Notes: generated by a model not told the origin, from the letters alone. Shown: positions 1 to 9,968, numbered from the stretch's first letter. The stretch: 64,000 bases of DNA from Thiobacillus sp. (GCA_024709425.1 JANJWS010000074.1:3970-67969), one strand, 5' to 3'. Numbers and translations are program-made.

Positions 1-1
1 C

Positions 2-1054
2 GGCGTGTTGGCGTTGGTGTCCAGGCCGGGGTTCGATCCCAACCTGTTCATCGACGGCATCGATCCCGAGACCTGGAAGGGGCTCAACGAATCGCCCGAA
101 CGGCCGATGGTGAACCGCGTGCTGCGTGGCATCTACCCGCCCGGCTCGACCATCAAGCCCTTCATGGCACTGGCCGGACTCGAGCTGGGGCTCCGGCGCC
201 CGCAAGACAGCATCGTCGACCCCGGCTATTTCATGCTGCCGAACAGCCGCCACCAGTTCCGTGACTGGAAGCGCGGCGGACACGGCGTGGTCGACCTGCG
301 CCGCTCGATTTCGCAGTCTTGCGATACTTACTACTACAGGCTGGCGGTGGACATGGGCATCGATCGCATGCACGATTACCTCGCGAAATTCGGATTCGGC
401 GAGAAGACGGGCATCGATCTCGAAGGCGAATCGTCGGGGCTGTTGCCTTCGCGTGAGTGGAAGCAGCGCCGCTGGAAGAAGCCGTGGTATCCGGGGGAGA
501 CGGTGATTGCCGGTATTGGCCAGGGTTATCACCTGACCACCCCCTTGCAGCTGGCAGCCTCGACCGCGATGCTCGCCAATGGCGGCCGACCGGTGCAGCC
601 GCGGCTGGTGGCGGCGGTGCGTGATTCCACCAGCCACAGCTGGACACCGTTGTCACCACCCGCGGAACGTTCTGCGGTGGCGATCACGCCGGCGCATCTG
701 GACGTCGTGCGCGAAGGCATGCTCGACGTCACCCGGCCGGGTGGCACCGCCGCGGCCTCGGCAGCGGGCGCCCCCTACGCCATTGCCGGCAAGACGGGTA
801 CCGCGCAGGTTGTCGCCATCAAGCAGGGCGCACGCTACGACGCCAGCAGGCTGGCCCGCGAGCATCGCGACCACGCGCTGTTCATCGCCTACGCGCCGGC
901 CGAGGCGCCGACCATCGTGGTGGCGGTGATGGTGGAGAATGGCGGCTCCGGCAGCGGTACCGCGGCACCGATCGCACGTGCCGTGTTCGACTACTATCTG
1001 ACCGGGAAGCGCCCCGGCGACATGACATTCGGAGTCGACGATGCCGCGGATTAG
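2..1054 (+). CDS. mrdA: Penicillin-binding protein 2, transpeptidase domain (5' truncated by window edge)
   Basis: PGSTIK (SxxK), SCD (SxD as in PBP2), AGKTGT motifs; immediately upstream of rodA. Confidence 0.95.
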   Translation, partial: GVLALVSRPGFDPNLFIDGIDPETWKGLNESPERPMVNRVLRGIYPPGSTIKPFMALAGLELGLRRPQDSIVDPGYFMLPNSRHQFRDWKRGGHGVVDLRRSISQSCDTYYYRLAVDMGIDRMHDYLAKFGFGEKTGIDLEGESSGLLPSREWKQRRWKKPWYPGETVIAGIGQGYHLTTPLQLAASTAMLANGGRPVQPRLVAAVRDSTSHSWTPLSPPAERSAVAITPAHLDVVREGMLDVTRPGGTAAASAAGAPYAIAGKTGTAQVVAIKQGARYDASRLAREHRDHALFIAYAPAEAPTIVVAVMVENGGSGSGTAAPIARAVFDYYLTGKRPGDMTFGVDDAAD

Positions 1055-2141
1055 GCACTGGATCGCACGCCGCCTGAGCCATCTCGATCCCATCCTGCTG
1101 GTGCTGGTGCTGCTCCTTCTCGGTGTCAGCGTTGCCGTGGTGGCGAGCGCGTCGGGGCAGAGCCCCGCGCGTATCAGTGGTCATCTCGTGAACATCGGTC
1201 TCGCCCTCGGCATCATGGTGGTCATGGCCAACGTTCCCCCCCACATTCTCTCGCGGGTGGGCGTGCCCCTGTATGTGGCCGGCGTGGTGCTGCTCGTCGG
1301 CGTCGCCCTGTTCGGCGAAGTGCGCAATGGTTCGCGGCGCTGGCTCAATCTCGGCTTCATGGCGTTCCAGCCATCGGAACTGCTGAAGCTCGCGCTGCCG
1401 CTGATGCTTGCCTGGTACTTCCAGCGCAACGAGGCGGTGCTGCGCGCCAAGCACTATCTCGTCGGCGCCACGCTGCTGGCTGTGCCGTTCCTGCTGATCC
1501 TGCGCCAGCCCGATCTTGGCACCGCGCTCATGATCGGTGCATCGGGCTTCTATCTGCTGTATTTCGCCGGATTGCCCTGGAAGGTCATCCTGGGGGGCGG
1601 CGTGGCGCTCGGCGCCAGCCTGCCGCTGGCGTGGGGCTTCCTGCACGACTACCAGCAGCGCCGTGTGCTGACGCTGCTCGATCCCAGCGCCGACCCGCTC
1701 GGCGCGGGTTACCACATCATCCAGTCGACCATCGCGATCGGCTCCGGCGGCCTGTTCGGCAAGGGCTGGATGCAGGGCACGCAGAACCAGCTCGATTTCA
1801 TCCCGGAGCGCACCACGGATTTCGTGTTTGCGGTGTTCGGCGAGGAGTTCGGCTATGTCGGCACGGTGTTCCTGGTGGCGCTGTATCTTGCCATCGTCGC
1901 GCGTGGATTGACTGTCGCTGCGCGGGCACCGACCCTGTTCGGGCGGCTGATGGCGGCGACGCTGAGCCTCAATCTCTTCACCTATGTGTTCGTCAACATG
2001 GGCATGGTGTCCGGCATCCTGCCGGTCGTCGGCGTGCCATTGCCGCTGATGAGCTATGGCGGCACAGCGTTGGTCACGCTGCTGCTCGGCATCGGCATCC
2101 TGATGAGCGTGGCCACCCATCGGCAGCTCAACAAGACCTGA
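1041..2141 (+). CDS. rodA: Rod shape-determining SEDS glycosyltransferase RodA
   Basis: Multi-TM protein with GSRRWL, FQPSE, QPDLGT, PERTTDF, PLMSYGG motifs; follows mrdA. Confidence 0.95.
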   Translation: MPRIRHWIARRLSHLDPILLVLVLLLLGVSVAVVASASGQSPARISGHLVNIGLALGIMVVMANVPPHILSRVGVPLYVAGVVLLVGVALFGEVRNGSRRWLNLGFMAFQPSELLKLALPLMLAWYFQRNEAVLRAKHYLVGATLLAVPFLLILRQPDLGTALMIGASGFYLLYFAGLPWKVILGGGVALGASLPLAWGFLHDYQQRRVLTLLDPSADPLGAGYHIIQSTIAIGSGGLFGKGWMQGTQNQLDFIPERTTDFVFAVFGEEFGYVGTVFLVALYLAIVARGLTVAARAPTLFGRLMAATLSLNLFTYVFVNMGMVSGILPVVGVPLPLMSYGGTALVTLLLGIGILMSVATHRQLNKT

Positions 2142-2150
2142 CGGGCTAGA

Positions 2151-2975
2151 ATGGCAAAGATGAACCCGATCCTGTTTCTGGGCGCTGCGATTTTGGCATT
2201 CGCGCTTGGCGGGTGCGGCAATGCACCGTCCGCGGGCAAGCCCGTCGCCGTCCGGGGGGGCTACTACCTCGACGACGGTCCGGGCGCCTTGCCGCCGACC
2301 GACCTGGATGCCGTGCCCGACGCGGTGCCGCGCCGCGAACCGCTGCATCGTTTTGCCAATCGTACTTACGTTGCGCTCGGCAACACCTATACGCCGCTCG
2401 CCTCGGCCAGCGGCTATCGGGAGGAGGGCATGGCATCGTGGTACGGGCGCCGTTTTCATGGCAAGAAGACCGCCTCCGGAGAGCTCTACGACATGTATGC
2501 GATGACCGCCGCCCACCCGACCCTGCCGATTCCCAGTTATGCGCGCGTGACCGCGCTCGACAGCGGACGTAGCGTGGTGGTTCGCATCAACGATCGCGGG
2601 CCGTTCCACAAGGCACGGCTGATCGATCTTTCCTATACTGCCGCGCACAAGCTCGGCTATCTCAGTCGCGGCAGCACGCGGGTGCGGGTGGAAAGCCTCG
2701 ACCCCGAGGCCTACGATACTCAGGGCGAGGCGTTGCCGGACGGGGTTTTCCTGCAGATCGGCGCATTTGCGCGCGCCGACAATGCCCAGCAGCTGGTGGC
2801 ACGGCTGGCGCGTGAGCTGGCGCTCGACCCGGAGCGCACGCGTGTGGTGCTGCGCGACAGGCTGCACCGCGTGCAGCTCGGTCCTTATGATAGCGATGAC
2901 GAGGCGCTGGCTGATCGCGCTCGGGTGCGGGAACGTCTCGACCTCAACGCGGTCCTGGTGAGGCGTGATGGTTAA
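2151..2975 (+). CDS. rlpA: Septal ring lytic transglycosylase RlpA lipoprotein (DPBB + SPOR)
   Basis: Lipobox LGGC; ASWYG, TAAHPTLP, RINDRGPF, IDLSY motifs; C-terminal SPOR-like LQIGAF. Confidence 0.93.
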   Translation: MAKMNPILFLGAAILAFALGGCGNAPSAGKPVAVRGGYYLDDGPGALPPTDLDAVPDAVPRREPLHRFANRTYVALGNTYTPLASASGYREEGMASWYGRRFHGKKTASGELYDMYAMTAAHPTLPIPSYARVTALDSGRSVVVRINDRGPFHKARLIDLSYTAAHKLGYLSRGSTRVRVESLDPEAYDTQGEALPDGVFLQIGAFARADNAQQLVARLARELALDPERTRVVLRDRLHRVQLGPYDSDDEALADRARVRERLDLNAVLVRRDG

Positions 2976-2993
2976 CGACAGGCAAGGCGATAC

Positions 2994-4109
2994 ATGAGAA
3001 GTTTCTGGCTGGGGCTGCTGTGCCTCTTTTCCGTTTCGGCCTGGGCGCAGCCGGCCGGCATCACGGCGCGCGCCTGGACCCTGATCGACAGCGCGAGCGG
3101 GCGCGAACTCGCCGCGCACCAGGCCGACCTGCCGTTGGCACCGGCATCGCTCACGCAACTGATGACGGCCTACGTGCTCTTCGGCGACCTGGCGAAAAAC
3201 AAGATTGCGCTTGGCGAAGCCCTCGTGGTTCCCGAGGTCGCCGTGCAGGTCGATGGCGCGCGGGCGTTCCTCAAGCCCGGTGATCAGATGAGCATCGAAA
3301 CCCTGATCCAGGCGATGCTGGTGCACTCCGCCGCCGATGCCACGCTCACCCTGGTGATCGGTACCGACGGCAGCGAGCCGGCGTTCGTCACACGCATGAA
3401 CCGCGAGGCCAAGCGGCTTGGCATGCTGCGCACCCGCTTCATGAATGCCACGGGCCTGACCGAGCCTGGGCACGAGTCGAGTGCGCGCGATCTCGCGCTG
3501 CTGGCACGCGCCCTGGCGCGCGACTTTCCCGACCGCCTGGGTTATTTCGCGCAGCGGGAATTGAACGTCAAGGGGATTACCTACTACAACGGTAACCGCC
3601 TGCTGTGGCGTGACCGCACGGTTGACGGGCTCAAGGTCGGACGTACCGTACAGGCGGGCTATTGCATGGCGGCGTCCGCCCGGCGCGGCGAACAGCGCCG
3701 CATTGCGGTAGTGCTCGGCGGACGCACCGATGCTCAGCGTACCCAGGATGCCCTGCGCCTGCTGAACTATGGCTTCGAGAATTTCGACAGCGTGCCGCTC
3801 TATCGCGCGGGTCAGTCGATCAAGGTGGTGGACCTGTACCGTGGCGCACGCGCCAGCGTCAGTCTTGGACTTGCCGAGGACTTGCACCTCCTGACGCCAC
3901 GCGGCGCGGGCCCGCGCGTGCGCGCCGAGGTGGTGACTCGGAAGCCCCTGGTGGCGCCGGTCCGCAAGGGGCAGCCCATCGGCACGCTGAGGCTGACCCT
4001 CGACGGCGATCGCCTCGGCGAGTATCCGCTGGTGGCGCTGCACGACGTTGCCGTGGCCGGTATTTTCGGGCGCGGCTGGGATTCGATCCGCCTGTTCTTC
4101 GGCCGATGA
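2994..4109 (+). CDS. dacA: D-alanyl-D-alanine carboxypeptidase (peptidase S11) homolog with degenerate catalytic motifs
   Basis: PBP5 architecture with signal peptide and C-terminal domain, in canonical position after rlpA; motifs read SLTQ, SAA, KVG instead of SxxK, SxN, KTG. Confidence 0.85.
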   Translation: MRSFWLGLLCLFSVSAWAQPAGITARAWTLIDSASGRELAAHQADLPLAPASLTQLMTAYVLFGDLAKNKIALGEALVVPEVAVQVDGARAFLKPGDQMSIETLIQAMLVHSAADATLTLVIGTDGSEPAFVTRMNREAKRLGMLRTRFMNATGLTEPGHESSARDLALLARALARDFPDRLGYFAQRELNVKGITYYNGNRLLWRDRTVDGLKVGRTVQAGYCMAASARRGEQRRIAVVLGGRTDAQRTQDALRLLNYGFENFDSVPLYRAGQSIKVVDLYRGARASVSLGLAEDLHLLTPRGAGPRVRAEVVTRKPLVAPVRKGQPIGTLRLTLDGDRLGEYPLVALHDVAVAGIFGRGWDSIRLFFGR

Positions 4110-4954
4110 ACGCCTATCTCAACGGCGACTTCCTGCCGCTGACCGAAGCCCGCGTGTCGGCACTCGACCGGGGGTTCGTCTTTGGCGACGGTGTGTACGA
4201 GCTGGTGCCGGTATATTCAGGGAAACCCTTTCGCCTGAACGACCACTTGCGTCGCCTGCAGGCAAGCCTCGACGGCATTCGTCTCGCCAATCCGCATACG
4301 CTCGACGGTTGGCGCGACATCATCCTGCAACTGGTCAGGATGGAGGAAGCGCCCGACCAGTCAGTCTACATCCAGGTCACGCGCGGTGTCGCGCCGCGCG
4401 ATCATGCGTTTCCCAAGGATGCGGTGCCCACCGTTTTCCTGTTCACCCAGCCGCTGACCACCGCCACGCCCGAACACAAGGCGGCAGGGGTATGCGCCGT
4501 CACCGCGGTCGACTACCGCTGGCAGCGCTGCGACATCAAGGCGATTTCGCTGCTAGCCAACATCCTGCTGCGACAGCAGGCGATCGACGTCGGCTGCGCC
4601 GAGACGGTGATGTTGCGCGACGGCTTCCTCACCGAGGGGGCGGCGAGCAACATCTTCGTGGTGAAGGACGGCGTGCTCAAGGCGCCGCCGCCGTCCCACC
4701 TCATGCTCACCGGCATCACCTACGACGTGGTGCTCGAACTCGCCGCCAAACACGGCATTCCGCATGAGGTGCGCCCCGTGGCCGAAGCCGAGGTGCGTGC
4801 CGCCGACGAGTTGTGGATGACCTCGTCGACCAAGGAAATCATGGCTATCGTCACGCTCGACGGCGTGCCGGTCGGGGCCGGCGTGCCGGGGCCGCTGGCG
4901 CGGCGCATGGATGCGCTCTACCAGACTTTCAAGCGCGAGGTGATGCGAGCATGA
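4106..4954 (+). CDS. dat: D-amino acid aminotransferase (class IV PLP enzyme)
   Basis: ATG overlaps dacA stop (ATGA); DRGFVFGDGVYE, CDIKAISLL, EGAASN, LTGIT motifs. Confidence 0.9.
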   Translation: MNAYLNGDFLPLTEARVSALDRGFVFGDGVYELVPVYSGKPFRLNDHLRRLQASLDGIRLANPHTLDGWRDIILQLVRMEEAPDQSVYIQVTRGVAPRDHAFPKDAVPTVFLFTQPLTTATPEHKAAGVCAVTAVDYRWQRCDIKAISLLANILLRQQAIDVGCAETVMLRDGFLTEGAASNIFVVKDGVLKAPPPSHLMLTGITYDVVLELAAKHGIPHEVRPVAEAEVRAADELWMTSSTKEIMAIVTLDGVPVGAGVPGPLARRMDALYQTFKREVMRA

Positions 4955-5214
4955 GCGACGAGACGCTACTACAGTTCCCCGTCGACTTCCCCGTCAAGAT
5001 CATGGGCGAGCGGCGTGACGATTTTGCGCAGACCATGGTTGAACTGGTGCTGCACCATGCGCCCGACTTCCGCCCCGAGACCGTCGAGATGCGTACCTCG
5101 CGCAGCGGCACCTACCTGTCGGTGACCTGCGTCGTGCGCGCGACCTCGAAGGCGCAACTCGACGCGCTGTACCGCGAGATCACCGCGCATCCGTGGGTGA
5201 AGATGGCGTTGTGA
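4951..5214 (+). CDS. ybeD: YbeD/DUF493 family protein
   Basis: [11 protein letters not shown] and [10 protein letters not shown] motifs; canonical position before lipB. Confidence 0.9.
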   Translation: MSDETLLQFPVDFPVKIMGERRDDFAQTMVELVLHHAPDFRPETVEMRTSRSGTYLSVTCVVRATSKAQLDALYREITAHPWVKMAL

Positions 5215-5861
5215 ACGGCAGCGGCCAGGATTCAGGATTCAGGGGTCAGGGGGCGGTGGTGCGCAGCCTGGGGCAGGTCGACTACGAGCCGACGTGGCGG
5301 GCGATGCAGGCCTTTACTGCGCAGCGCGTGGCCGATACGCCGGACGAGCTGTGGCTGCTGGAACATCCGTCGGTCTACACGCTGGGTCAGGCCGGCAGGC
5401 GGGAGCACCTGATCGCTGCGACCGACATTCCCGTGGTGCCGATCGACCGCGGCGGACAGATCACCTATCACGGGCCGGGGCAGGTCGTTGCCTACGTGCT
5501 GGTCGATCTGCGCCGGTGCGGCTATGGCATCCGCGAACTCGTCGCGCGCATGGAACAGGCGGCGATCGACCTGCTGGCCGGGCAGGGGGTGACGGCCGAA
5601 CGGCTTGCCGGCGCACCCGGCGTCTACGTCGACGGCGCCAAGATCGCCGCGCTCGGCCTGCGCGTCAAGCACGGCTGCACCTACCATGGGCTTGCGCTCA
5701 ACGTCGACATGGACCTTGCGCCGTTTGCCGCGATCAACCCCTGCGGCTATCCCGGCCTGCGCGTGACCCAATGCCGCGATCTCGGCCTCACGCTGTCAGT
5801 GCAGCAGGTCGAAGAAGTTCTTGCACAGGCCCTGCTCGACGCGATCTACCCTGCCGCTTGA
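5211..5861 (+). CDS. lipB: Lipoyl(octanoyl) transferase LipB (start could be GTG 5211 or 5256)
   Basis: [40 protein letters not shown] motifs. Confidence 0.95.
   Translation: MNGSGQDSGFRGQGAVVRSLGQVDYEPTWRAMQAFTAQRVADTPDELWLLEHPSVYTLGQAGRREHLIAATDIPVVPIDRGGQITYHGPGQVVAYVLVDLRRCGYGIRELVARMEQAAIDLLAGQGVTAERLAGAPGVYVDGAKIAALGLRVKHGCTYHGLALNVDMDLAPFAAINPCGYPGLRVTQCRDLGLTLSVQQVEEVLAQALLDAIYPAA
5226..5253 (+). repeat. Four degenerate heptamer tandem repeats CAGG(A/G)(T/G)(T/G)
   Basis: CAGGATT CAGGATT CAGGGGT CAGGGGG at the ybeD-lipB junction. Confidence 0.6.
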
Positions 5862-5878
5862 CCGCTCCCCGCTCTCGA

Positions 5879-6412
5879 CTATTGCCCCATCACCCCCCGG
5901 ATCGCCTCGACCATTTCTGGGTGGTCGAACTCGCGTCCGCCGATGGCGCTGGCGATGATCCGGCCCTGCTTGTCGATGAGGAAGGTGGTCGGCAGTCCCG
6001 CCACTTTCCAGGCCCGCATGGTGCGGCTGCGGGCATCGAGCAGGATGGGGAAGGTGAGCGCGGTGTCGAGCTGGCCGGTAAACGTCTCGATGGTGTCCAT
6101 GGTTTCGCCGACGTCGACTGCGAGTACCGCGAAGGGTTCGCCGGCAAGCGTCTGCGCCAGACGCTCCATTGACGGCATTTCGCGGCGGCATGGCGGGCAC
6201 CAGGTCGCCCAGAAATTGACCAGTACCACCTTGCCTTTCATCTGCGCGAGGTCGTGGAGCTTGCCGTCGAGGTCGGGCAGTTTCAATGCCGGCGCCGGCT
6301 TCGGCGCCTGCTGTGTCAGGCGGTGCGACAGGGGCGGCAGGTCGGCCGCATGCAACGGCGCTGCGACGCAGAGCGCAGCACAGGCTGCGGTGAGAAATCT
6401 ACGGATGTTCAT
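5879..6412 (-). CDS. TlpA-family exported thiol-disulfide reductase
   Basis: Signal peptide (PLHA), VLVNFWATWCPPCRREMP, LPTTFLID. Confidence 0.9.
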   Translation of the reverse strand: MNIRRFLTAACAALCVAAPLHAADLPPLSHRLTQQAPKPAPALKLPDLDGKLHDLAQMKGKVVLVNFWATWCPPCRREMPSMERLAQTLAGEPFAVLAVDVGETMDTIETFTGQLDTALTFPILLDARSRTMRAWKVAGLPTTFLIDKQGRIIASAIGGREFDHPEMVEAIRGVMGQ

Positions 6413-6953
6413 CGGCACATTGCACCTGTTCGAGGGTTCCTGAAAGGGTCTTGCCGCCGGCGCGCCAGACGAAGCGCAGGTCGAAGCGACCGCCGCGCGG
6501 CACGCGGTAGGCTGTCATCCCCTGGTTCCAGTCGCCTGGCGCGAAGGTTTGCGTGGCGGGAAACTGCGCCCAGTTGAAGGCGATGCGTGCCGGTTCGTCC
6601 ACGCCTTGCCGTCGCCACAGGCGGTCCCATTCGGTCTTGCTGCGTATCGTGTGCGCGCGCCCGGCGTGAACGTAACGCCAGTCGGCAAGACGGTGCTCGA
6701 CCGGTGTCTCGCCGATGTTGCGTACCACGGTCATGAAGACGCATTCGGCCGCGTAGCGCTCCGCCGCAACCGCGGAAAACCCCCGCGCCTGGTAGAACGC
6801 GCGCGCCTGGTCGGGACTGATCTGGGTCAGACGCACCTGGATGCCGGAGGTCTCCACCTGCCAGGTCGCCAGCCCTGTTTCCGGGTCGAGGCTGGGTTCA
6901 CCGGCGGCGGCAAGCGGCCCCGCGGCGAGCAGGGTCAGTGCAAGAAGGCGCAT
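6399..6953 (-). CDS. Exported hypothetical protein with two Cys
   Basis: Signal peptide MRLLALTLLAAGPLAAA; overlaps the TlpA start; protein-like composition. Confidence 0.75.
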   Translation of the reverse strand: MRLLALTLLAAGPLAAAGEPSLDPETGLATWQVETSGIQVRLTQISPDQARAFYQARGFSAVAAERYAAECVFMTVVRNIGETPVEHRLADWRYVHAGRAHTIRSKTEWDRLWRRQGVDEPARIAFNWAQFPATQTFAPGDWNQGMTAYRVPRGGRFDLRFVWRAGGKTLSGTLEQVQCADEHP

Positions 6954-6988
6954 GGGCTAAAATCCCGTTTCAATCATGTGAGTGAATT

Positions 6989-7915
6989 ATGGCAGACCCC
7001 GTCCAGCACAAGGGCGCCGCGAAGACTTCGCGCATCCCGATCAAGATCGTGCCGCAGGAACGCATGCGCCTGCCACCGTGGATCCGCGCCAAGGCGCCGA
7101 GCCTGCCGAACGTCGGGCGCCTCAAGGGCATCCTGCGCGAGGCCAAGCTGCACACGGTGTGCGAGGAGGCGTCGTGTCCCAACCTCGGTGAATGCTTCGG
7201 CCACGGCACCGCGACCTTCATGATCCTCGGCGACCTGTGCACGCGGCGCTGCCCGTTCTGCGACGTCGGCCACGGCACGCCGCTACCGCCGGACGCCGAC
7301 GAGCCGCGCCACCTGGGCGAAACCGTCGCGCGCATGGCGTTGAAATATGTCGTCATCACCAGCGTCGACCGCGACGATCTGCGCGACGGCGGCGCGGCGC
7401 ATTTCGCGCAATGCGTCGCCGCGGTGCGCGAACTGTCGCCGGCCACGCGCATCGAGATCCTCACCCCGGACTTCCGCGGCCGCCTGGACAAGGCGCTCGA
7501 CGCGCTCGACGCGGCGCCGCCCGACATCATGAACCACAACCTCGAAACCGTGCCGCGCCTGTACAAGGCCGCGCGCCCCGGCGCCGACTACGCGCATTCG
7601 CTGAAGCTGCTGCAGGACTTCAAGGCGCGCCATCCCGACATTCCCACCAAGTCCGGCCTGATGCTGGGGCTGGGCGAGACCGACGAGGAAATCCTCGAAG
7701 TCATGCGCGACCTGCGCGCGCATGGTGTCGACATGCTCACGCTCGGCCAGTACCTGCAGCCCTCGCAGCACCACCTGCCGGTGCTGCGCTTCGTCACCCC
7801 CGAGCGCTTCGCGCAGTTCGAGCAGGAAGCGCTGGCGATCGGCTTCAGGCACGCTGCCTGCGGACCGATGGTGCGATCGAGCTATCACGCCGACCGGCAG
7901 GCAGCGGGCGTCTGA
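6989..7915 (+). CDS. lipA: Lipoyl synthase (radical SAM)
   Basis: [31 protein letters not shown] motifs. Confidence 0.97.
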   Translation: MADPVQHKGAAKTSRIPIKIVPQERMRLPPWIRAKAPSLPNVGRLKGILREAKLHTVCEEASCPNLGECFGHGTATFMILGDLCTRRCPFCDVGHGTPLPPDADEPRHLGETVARMALKYVVITSVDRDDLRDGGAAHFAQCVAAVRELSPATRIEILTPDFRGRLDKALDALDAAPPDIMNHNLETVPRLYKAARPGADYAHSLKLLQDFKARHPDIPTKSGLMLGLGETDEEILEVMRDLRAHGVDMLTLGQYLQPSQHHLPVLRFVTPERFAQFEQEALAIGFRHAACGPMVRSSYHADRQAAGV

Positions 7916-7928
7916 TGGCAGTGCGTTC

Positions 7929-7950
7929 GGGGTGCCCCGCGGGGCATTCC
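7929..7950. terminator. GC-rich hairpin after lipA (possible terminator or REP)
   Basis: GGGGTGCCCC-GC-GGGGCATTCC; no clear U-tract. Confidence 0.35.
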
Positions 7951-7996
7951 TGACAGCCAGACGAGCAGGCATAATCAGGTTTGCTCCTTTGCCCCG

Positions 7997-9133
7997 ATGC
8001 AGGCACCGATGACCCATCAGGACAGTTTTGCCGCCCTCAATGCCGCAAGCTCCCTCAAGGAGCGTCTGGTTGGCGTCCACAAGGTGGTACAGGGCTATTT
8101 CCCGTTCGTCGCGCGCATTGCGGTGACCCTCTACGATGCGCAGACCAACGTTCTCCGGGCTTACGAGCACAGCAGCGGGAACGAGGACCCGCTGTCCCAC
8201 TATCAGGCCAGTCTCGATGCCGCCCCGTCGCTGAAGCACTTGCTGGAACAGGGGCGGCCGCGCGTCATCAATCACCAGCTCACCTTCGAGGGGGGCGCGC
8301 ATGAGCACACCCGGCGCATCGCCCGCCAGGGATACGCGGCCAGCTATACCCTGCCGATGTACAACCAGGGGGTGTTCTTCGGGTTCATCTTCTTCAACGC
8401 ATCCGAGCCGGACGTGTTCTCGGAGCGCGTCCTGCAGCAGCTGGATGTCTTCGGCCACCTGATTTCGCTCATGGTGATCGGCGAGATTTCCAACGCCCGC
8501 GTGCTCTCGGCGGTGGTCAACACGGTCGCGCACATCACCCACCAGCGCGATCCGGAGACCGGCAGCCATCTTGACCGCATGTCGCGCTATTCGCATCTGA
8601 TCGCCCGCGGACTGGCGTCGAAATACCAGCTCGACGACGACTACATCGAGCACATCCTGATGTTCTCGCCGCTGCACGACATCGGCAAGGTGGGCATCCC
8701 GGACAGCGTGCTGCTCAAGCCCGGCACCCTCAGCGCCGAGGAACGCGCGGTGATGAGCACCCACGTGTTGAAGGGGCGCGAGATGATCGACCGCATGGTC
8801 CTCAATTTCGGCCTGCATTCGCTGCAGCACGTCGACGTGCTGCGCAACATCGCCGAATACCACCATGAAGCCATCGATGGCAGCGGCTACCCGAGCGGGC
8901 GGAAAGGCCAGGACATTCCGCTGGAAGCGCGCATCGTCGCCGTCGCCGACGTGTTCGATGCGCTCACCAGCCGGCGTCCGTACAAGGATGCGTGGAGCGT
9001 GGACCAGGCGTTTGCCTACCTCATCCAGGTCGCGGGCGAGAAGCTCGACCGCGAGTGCGTGCAGGTGCTGGTGGACAACCGGGAAGCGGTGGAGGAAATC
9101 CAGCGGCGGTTCGCCGAGGACCCGCTCGGCTAG
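7997..9133 (+). CDS. GAF + HD-GYP c-di-GMP phosphodiesterase
   Basis: ETGSH, PLHDIGK, HHEAIDGSGYP, ADVFDALTSRRPYK; N-terminal GAF-like segment (SYTLPM...GFIFFN). Confidence 0.88.
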   Translation: MQAPMTHQDSFAALNAASSLKERLVGVHKVVQGYFPFVARIAVTLYDAQTNVLRAYEHSSGNEDPLSHYQASLDAAPSLKHLLEQGRPRVINHQLTFEGGAHEHTRRIARQGYAASYTLPMYNQGVFFGFIFFNASEPDVFSERVLQQLDVFGHLISLMVIGEISNARVLSAVVNTVAHITHQRDPETGSHLDRMSRYSHLIARGLASKYQLDDDYIEHILMFSPLHDIGKVGIPDSVLLKPGTLSAEERAVMSTHVLKGREMIDRMVLNFGLHSLQHVDVLRNIAEYHHEAIDGSGYPSGRKGQDIPLEARIVAVADVFDALTSRRPYKDAWSVDQAFAYLIQVAGEKLDRECVQVLVDNREAVEEIQRRFAEDPLG

Positions 9134-9174
9134 CCCGGTCGGAACATCACCCCATCGGGCCGGGGGCGGCCCTC

Positions 9175-9960
9175 CTACCGTAACAACCGCCGCCTTGTCA
9201 GCGCCAGCGCGACGACGTAGCCGATGCCGCCCCAGACGATGAGGGCGCCGACGTGGGTGACGATGTCGGACGGCACCCTGCCGACCACCAGCGGCCGGGC
9301 GAGGTCGATGGCGTGGGTGAGCGGCAGCCAGGCGGAGACGTCCTGCACGGCCGCGGGAAGTTGCGACACCGGAAAGAACACGCCGCACAGCAGCACCATG
9401 GGCGTGATCGCCAGGGTGAAGTAATAGAGGAAGAAGTCGTAGCTCGGCGACACCGCGTTCATCACCAGCCCCATGCCGCCGAAGCAGAAGCCCACCAGCG
9501 CCACCACGGGGATGATCCACAGTGTCAGCCAGAAGTTGCCGTACAGACCCAGCCCCCAGATCACCGCGAGGATCGCCAGCCCCGAGAGCAGGCTCTTCGA
9601 CACCGCCCAGGTGAGTTCGCCGAGGAGGATGTCGTCGAGCGTCAACGGCGCGTTGAGCAGCGCATCCCAGGTGCGCTGCACGTGCATGCGCGAAAAGCTC
9701 GAATACAGTACCTCGAAGGTCGCCGCGTTCATCGTGCTGTAGGCGACCGTGCCGGCGGCGAGGAAGGTCAGATAGGGCATGCCGTCGACGTCCGGCAGCA
9801 GGCGGCCGAGCCCGTAGCCCAGGCCCAGCATGTAGAGCATGGGGTCGGCGAGGTTGCCGAGGATGGACGGAATGGCGAGCTTCTTCCACACCAGGTAGTT
9901 GCGCTGCCACACCGGGATGAAACGCCAGGACAGCCGGGGGAAACGCAGGTGAAAATGCAT
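9175..9960 (-). CDS. nodJ: ABC-2 permease, NodJ-like
   Basis: About six TM segments; SILGNLADP, QRTWDALL, GVFFPV, LPLTH. Confidence 0.82.
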   Translation of the reverse strand: MHFHLRFPRLSWRFIPVWQRNYLVWKKLAIPSILGNLADPMLYMLGLGYGLGRLLPDVDGMPYLTFLAAGTVAYSTMNAATFEVLYSSFSRMHVQRTWDALLNAPLTLDDILLGELTWAVSKSLLSGLAILAVIWGLGLYGNFWLTLWIIPVVALVGFCFGGMGLVMNAVSPSYDFFLYYFTLAITPMVLLCGVFFPVSQLPAAVQDVSAWLPLTHAIDLARPLVVGRVPSDIVTHVGALIVWGGIGYVVALALTRRRLLR

Positions 9961-9968
9961 TTTTGTTT

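Noticed and set aside
882-4043. 1053-aa minus-strand ORF
   Set aside because: Antisense shadow of rodA-rlpA-dacA in high-GC DNA; no recognisable motifs.
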